DNA of 64,000 nt from assembly GCA_963827275.1 (NCBI GenBank), contig CAWHAA010000008.1:128001-192000 (forward strand). Direction: 5' to 3'. Positions 60,756-64,000 of this stretch are shown here, one piece after another (position 1 is the stretch's first letter; each line of letters begins with the position of its first letter). Position numbers and translations under genes: made by a program. The DNA is from an uncultured Spirochaetota bacterium (lineage in GTDB: Bacteria > Spirochaetota > UBA4802 > UBA5550). The notes under the pieces are model-generated. The model did no database searches. It saw only the letters and a program-made list of their open reading frames with translations, and was not told where the DNA came from.

Positions 60756-62174
60756 TCAGAATACGATGAGGAACGTGGTCCCGCCGTCCCGGTCGAGACG
60801 GATGTCTCCCTTGATCTGGGACACCAGCGAGTCAACCAGCTGGAGCCCCAGCGTTTTACTCCTGTTAATTTCTATTTCACGCCCGATGCCTTTCCCGTTG
60901 TCGTGATACCGTATCACGTGCCTTCCCTGGTCGTCGATTGACAGGTCGATGCTGATTTTTCCGCCCAGGTCCGGCCCGAACGCGTGCTTGAACGAATTGC
61001 TGATGAGCTCGTTGACGATGAGCCCGCACGGGATGGCGTTGGATATCTCGAGTGCAAAGCCCGATGATGAAACGGATATCTCGATGTTATTTGAAATTGC
61101 AGAATACGTCTGCTGGAGCTCCATGACAATGGTCATTATGAATTCCCTGAAATCAATTTCGCTGAGCGAATCCGAGCGGTAGAGCATTTCATGTATGATG
61201 GCCATCGAATGGACCCTGTTCTGGCTTTCGCGGAACAGCTCGCGGTCCCGTTCGTCGATAATGTAATCGCTCTGCAGGCCCAGCAGGCTCGATATCACCT
61301 GCATGTTGTTTTTGACCCTGTGGTGGATTTCTTTAAGAAGCACTTCTTTCTCGGCCAGCGATCCCGCGAGTTTTTTTTCGGTCCTGCGGTGCTCCAGCAC
61401 CTCGTCCTGCAGTTCGCACACATACTGGTCGATCCGGCCGGACATGGTGTTGAATGCCGTCGTTAGTTCGACCAGCTCGTCCCCCTGGGACCCGGACGCG
61501 GCGCCGGGCCCGTCATCAATCCTGTGGCTGAATCTGCCCTGCTCGATCAACCGCGCACCGGCGACCAGCTTCTGGAGCGGCCCGGTAATTTTCGCGATCG
61601 CGATGCGTGAATTGATGAAGGCGGCAAGTATCATCGCCAGGGTCAATGCCAGCATGATATAGCTGCGTACCGATCGTATCTCCTGGATTTTTTTATTTGT
61701 TCCGGCGGTGATCCCGAACAATCCGGAAAGGATTTTCTCTGACAGCAGGCCTGTCTGCGCGAGCAGGGCCCTGTCCGGGCGGGATGGCCCCTCCGGCCCT
61801 GACGGGGGCGATTTTTTCCTGACAGGGTCTTTCCCCACTGCCATTTCATTACCGATCCTGGTAAATCCTGTTTTAAGCGAGACCAGATCATCCCGGATAT
61901 TTTTTAACTCGGGGTCGGTGGTGTTTTTTAAAAGGGCCATCATTGATTCATGTACGATATTCCACTGCTCTTGTCCCTGATCGAATTGTCTGTCAAGATT
62001 GCTATTTGTTATGAGTACCAGTTTTGACGCCTTTTCCGCAAGGGCCAGCGAAGTGTCCATTTTCCGCATCTCGTTTATGATGGTGCTGTTGGTGATCAAT
62101 GTCACCGCTATCAGGATGAACATCATCAGGAGGATGAGCAGTAAGTTGAGGGATAATCTGGTTCGTATTTTCAT
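60756..62174 (-). CDS. Sensor histidine kinase (HAMP + HisKA_2)
   Basis: Two TMs, HAMP (DEL..L...FN.M), EIHHRVKNNMQ, NELISNSFKHAF, DNGKG and LGLQLV. Confidence 0.92.
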   Translation of the reverse strand: MKIRTRLSLNLLLILLMMFILIAVTLITNSTIINEMRKMDTSLALAEKASKLVLITNSNLDRQFDQGQEQWNIVHESMMALLKNTTDPELKNIRDDLVSLKTGFTRIGNEMAVGKDPVRKKSPPSGPEGPSRPDRALLAQTGLLSEKILSGLFGITAGTNKKIQEIRSVRSYIMLALTLAMILAAFINSRIAIAKITGPLQKLVAGARLIEQGRFSHRIDDGPGAASGSQGDELVELTTAFNTMSGRIDQYVCELQDEVLEHRRTEKKLAGSLAEKEVLLKEIHHRVKNNMQVISSLLGLQSDYIIDERDRELFRESQNRVHSMAIIHEMLYRSDSLSEIDFREFIMTIVMELQQTYSAISNNIEISVSSSGFALEISNAIPCGLIVNELISNSFKHAFGPDLGGKISIDLSIDDQGRHVIRYHDNGKGIGREIEINRSKTLGLQLVDSLVSQIKGDIRLDRDGGTTFLIVF

Positions 62175-62247
62175 CGGTTCAGAACATGCCTTGCGGGCGT
62201 AACAATGTGCTCATCTTTTAATGGTCAGATGATTTTTCAGGCAGAGG

Positions 62248-62700
62248 TCATTTTTCGACGCGGTCGAGCACGATCGTATCGTCGATGGTCTCTTCGTCGA
62301 AATTGTCCGGGCGCATGTCGTTGAAGAACGTCCGGATCTTGATCTTATCGTCGGAGACAAAGCGGACGATCATCAGGATCTTGGCCTGCTCGGTCCCTGC
62401 GGGGTCCACCCCGATGATGTCGAGCTCGATCGGGTCTTTCAGGTAATCGACGGTGAACCGGAGCATGCCGAGCCCGCCCGAATCCGGACCGCCGAGCGGC
62501 TTTCCGTCGATGATCAGGATGACATTGCCGTCCTCGAAAAACTGGAAGGCGCCGGGCTTGCCGGTCCTGTCAATCCCTTCCCACTTGCCGATGAGGGTCC
62601 TCTGGTTCTGGACCGCGGCCTGCTTTGCGCCGGATGCGCATGAGGCGAGAAACGCACCGGCCAGTATGAGAGCAAGGAGGGTATGTGTTTTTTTCAGCAT
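62248..62700 (-). CDS. Hypothetical lipoprotein
   Basis: MLKK...FLASC lipobox. Confidence 0.75.
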   Translation of the reverse strand: MLKKTHTLLALILAGAFLASCASGAKQAAVQNQRTLIGKWEGIDRTGKPGAFQFFEDGNVILIIDGKPLGGPDSGGLGMLRFTVDYLKDPIELDIIGVDPAGTEQAKILMIVRFVSDDKIKIRTFFNDMRPDNFDEETIDDTIVLDRVEK

Positions 62701-62819
62701 GGCGTTCTCCGGCATACAGTATTTCGGCTCTTCGGACCTTCGTGGACCAGATAATGGTGCGGCGCGGCGGTCCGATTGTCAAACAATATTTACCGTGGTA
62801 AAGGCTTTCGCCGGGCCTG

Positions 62820-63548
62820 TTATTTTGTCTTGATAAAATACTCGCCCATCATGGTGGTGCGGATGCGGGTAAGGTCCAGGAAGGATTTCACCGCGCGCAG
62901 TATCCGGACCATGTTGCGTGCCAGCTGCCACGGGTTTTCAGCGCCGTAGAACAGGAACGGGTTCGACACGTGTTTTTTCGACGGCCAGGCCTCCTCCACG
63001 ATCCCCTCGAAGGGGGGCGCGCCGGGGGTGATCGCTTCAATCACGAGGTTGCGCACGTACCGCGTGCGGGGTTGTATCTGCTCTGATACAGGGGACATAA
63101 TGCCGTGCCAGCGGGCGACCCACTCGTCGCGCGACAGGCGGCGCGGCCGCTGCATCAGGGTCACCGCGGTGACGCCCGGCGATCGGCGGCCGTCGGCCCA
63201 GTCGCGGGGTTTCGCGTGACGATTGCCGCCGTAGTCGGTGAAGATCGATTCCTCCACCAGGTAGCCGGCGATCCGGAAGCCGGAATAGCGGAGCATGTCT
63301 TCGATGTTTTTCCGCCTGTTCAGGTCCTCCACCCAGACGCTCAGGAGCGCGCAGATAGGCGGGCCGCCGTAGAGCTTCGGCGCCGGCGAGCGCATGTCTG
63401 ATTCCGGGTCGGCAATGTCCATGGTGAGCCGCTCCGCGCCCGACCCGATGAGGCGCGACGAAAGATCGCCCCTGAGAATGTCGCGCGTCTTCGCCTTTTC
63501 CTGCCCGCGCGGTGACCAGAGAAGATATACCAGCTTGTAGAGTTCCAT
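62820..63548 (-). CDS. EthD-like dimeric alpha/beta barrel protein
   Basis: R...LSRDEW..RWH, YVRNLV and FEGIVEE.W; GGAG RBS before ATG 63548. Confidence 0.75.
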   Translation of the reverse strand: MELYKLVYLLWSPRGQEKAKTRDILRGDLSSRLIGSGAERLTMDIADPESDMRSPAPKLYGGPPICALLSVWVEDLNRRKNIEDMLRYSGFRIAGYLVEESIFTDYGGNRHAKPRDWADGRRSPGVTAVTLMQRPRRLSRDEWVARWHGIMSPVSEQIQPRTRYVRNLVIEAITPGAPPFEGIVEEAWPSKKHVSNPFLFYGAENPWQLARNMVRILRAVKSFLDLTRIRTTMMGEYFIKTK

Positions 63549-63776
63549 GCGCCGCTCCTGTTCGGTCTTTTCTTGATGGATGATGGGTTCTGCGCCGGCG
63601 TGTCCGGGGGCCGGTGCCACTCCCGGCAGCCGTGATCCGCCGGCGCTATCAGCGTATTTCTTTCGCCCGGGCGGTTCCTGTCAAGAGTTAAACCGGAGGC
63701 CGGGAAGTGATTTAATTATTGACAGATCAGCCCGAAAATATGAATGCTATAATCCCTGTTAAAGGAGAGGTTTGCC

Positions 63777-64000
63777 ATGCCGTCCGTTACCGAATATACC
63801 AGACCAGGTTATATAAAGGTCGTTGAATCGACCAACAAGTTCAAGGCAATAGAAGAGATCGCCCTGTCGTTCAAGGACACCGGGGTGTGCACCGATATCC
63901 ACAGCCTCATCAAGGCGCTCAAGGAACGGGAAGAGATCATGAGCACCGGCATCGGCTTCGGCATCGCCATCCCCCATGCGAAGATCGGCGCGATCCGTGA
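63777..64000 (+). CDS. PTS EIIA (PtsN/fructose-type) protein, partial
   Basis: Read directly from sequence: MPSVTEY...KEREEIMSTGIGFGIAIPHAK; AAGGAG RBS; extended -10 TGCTATAAT at 63745-53. Confidence 0.88.
   Translation, partial: MPSVTEYTRPGYIKVVESTNKFKAIEEIALSFKDTGVCTDIHSLIKALKEREEIMSTGIGFGIAIPHAKIGAIR

Overview
Bacterial chromosomal window of mostly GC-rich, ordinary genes. By inference it is an anaerobic Spirochaetota-like organism (ComFB fusion, PilZ, 7TM-DISM-AraC, MCP); this is not verified. Housekeeping genes include xseAB, lspA, ileS, recD, hbd, lysS, pepF, lon and a class I adenylate cyclase. There is also a DsrE-TusA-DsrM/K-like sulfur module and an alpha-2-macroglobulin. Single-base indels in essential genes (ileS, lysS) suggest long-read assembly errors. 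The standout is an AT-rich island at about 25.9-33.8 kb, between ybhB and lysS. An IS91/ISCR-like HUH transposase (minus strand, heavily frameshifted) is followed by a ~125-bp leader and three identical 125-bp hairpin-containing repeats. The repeats separate unrelated 0.3-2.2 kb inserts built from headless toxin-tail plus immunity-like gene pairs and fragments of phage-satellite-like DNA (Prim-Pol, iteron origin, wHTH tail, tyrosine-integrase tail). A second, diverged array of the same kind faces it from the left, and the two meet at an IS256 that lacks a target-site duplication. This looks like a HUH-driven, repeat-punctuated gene-capture array; that interpretation is inference.
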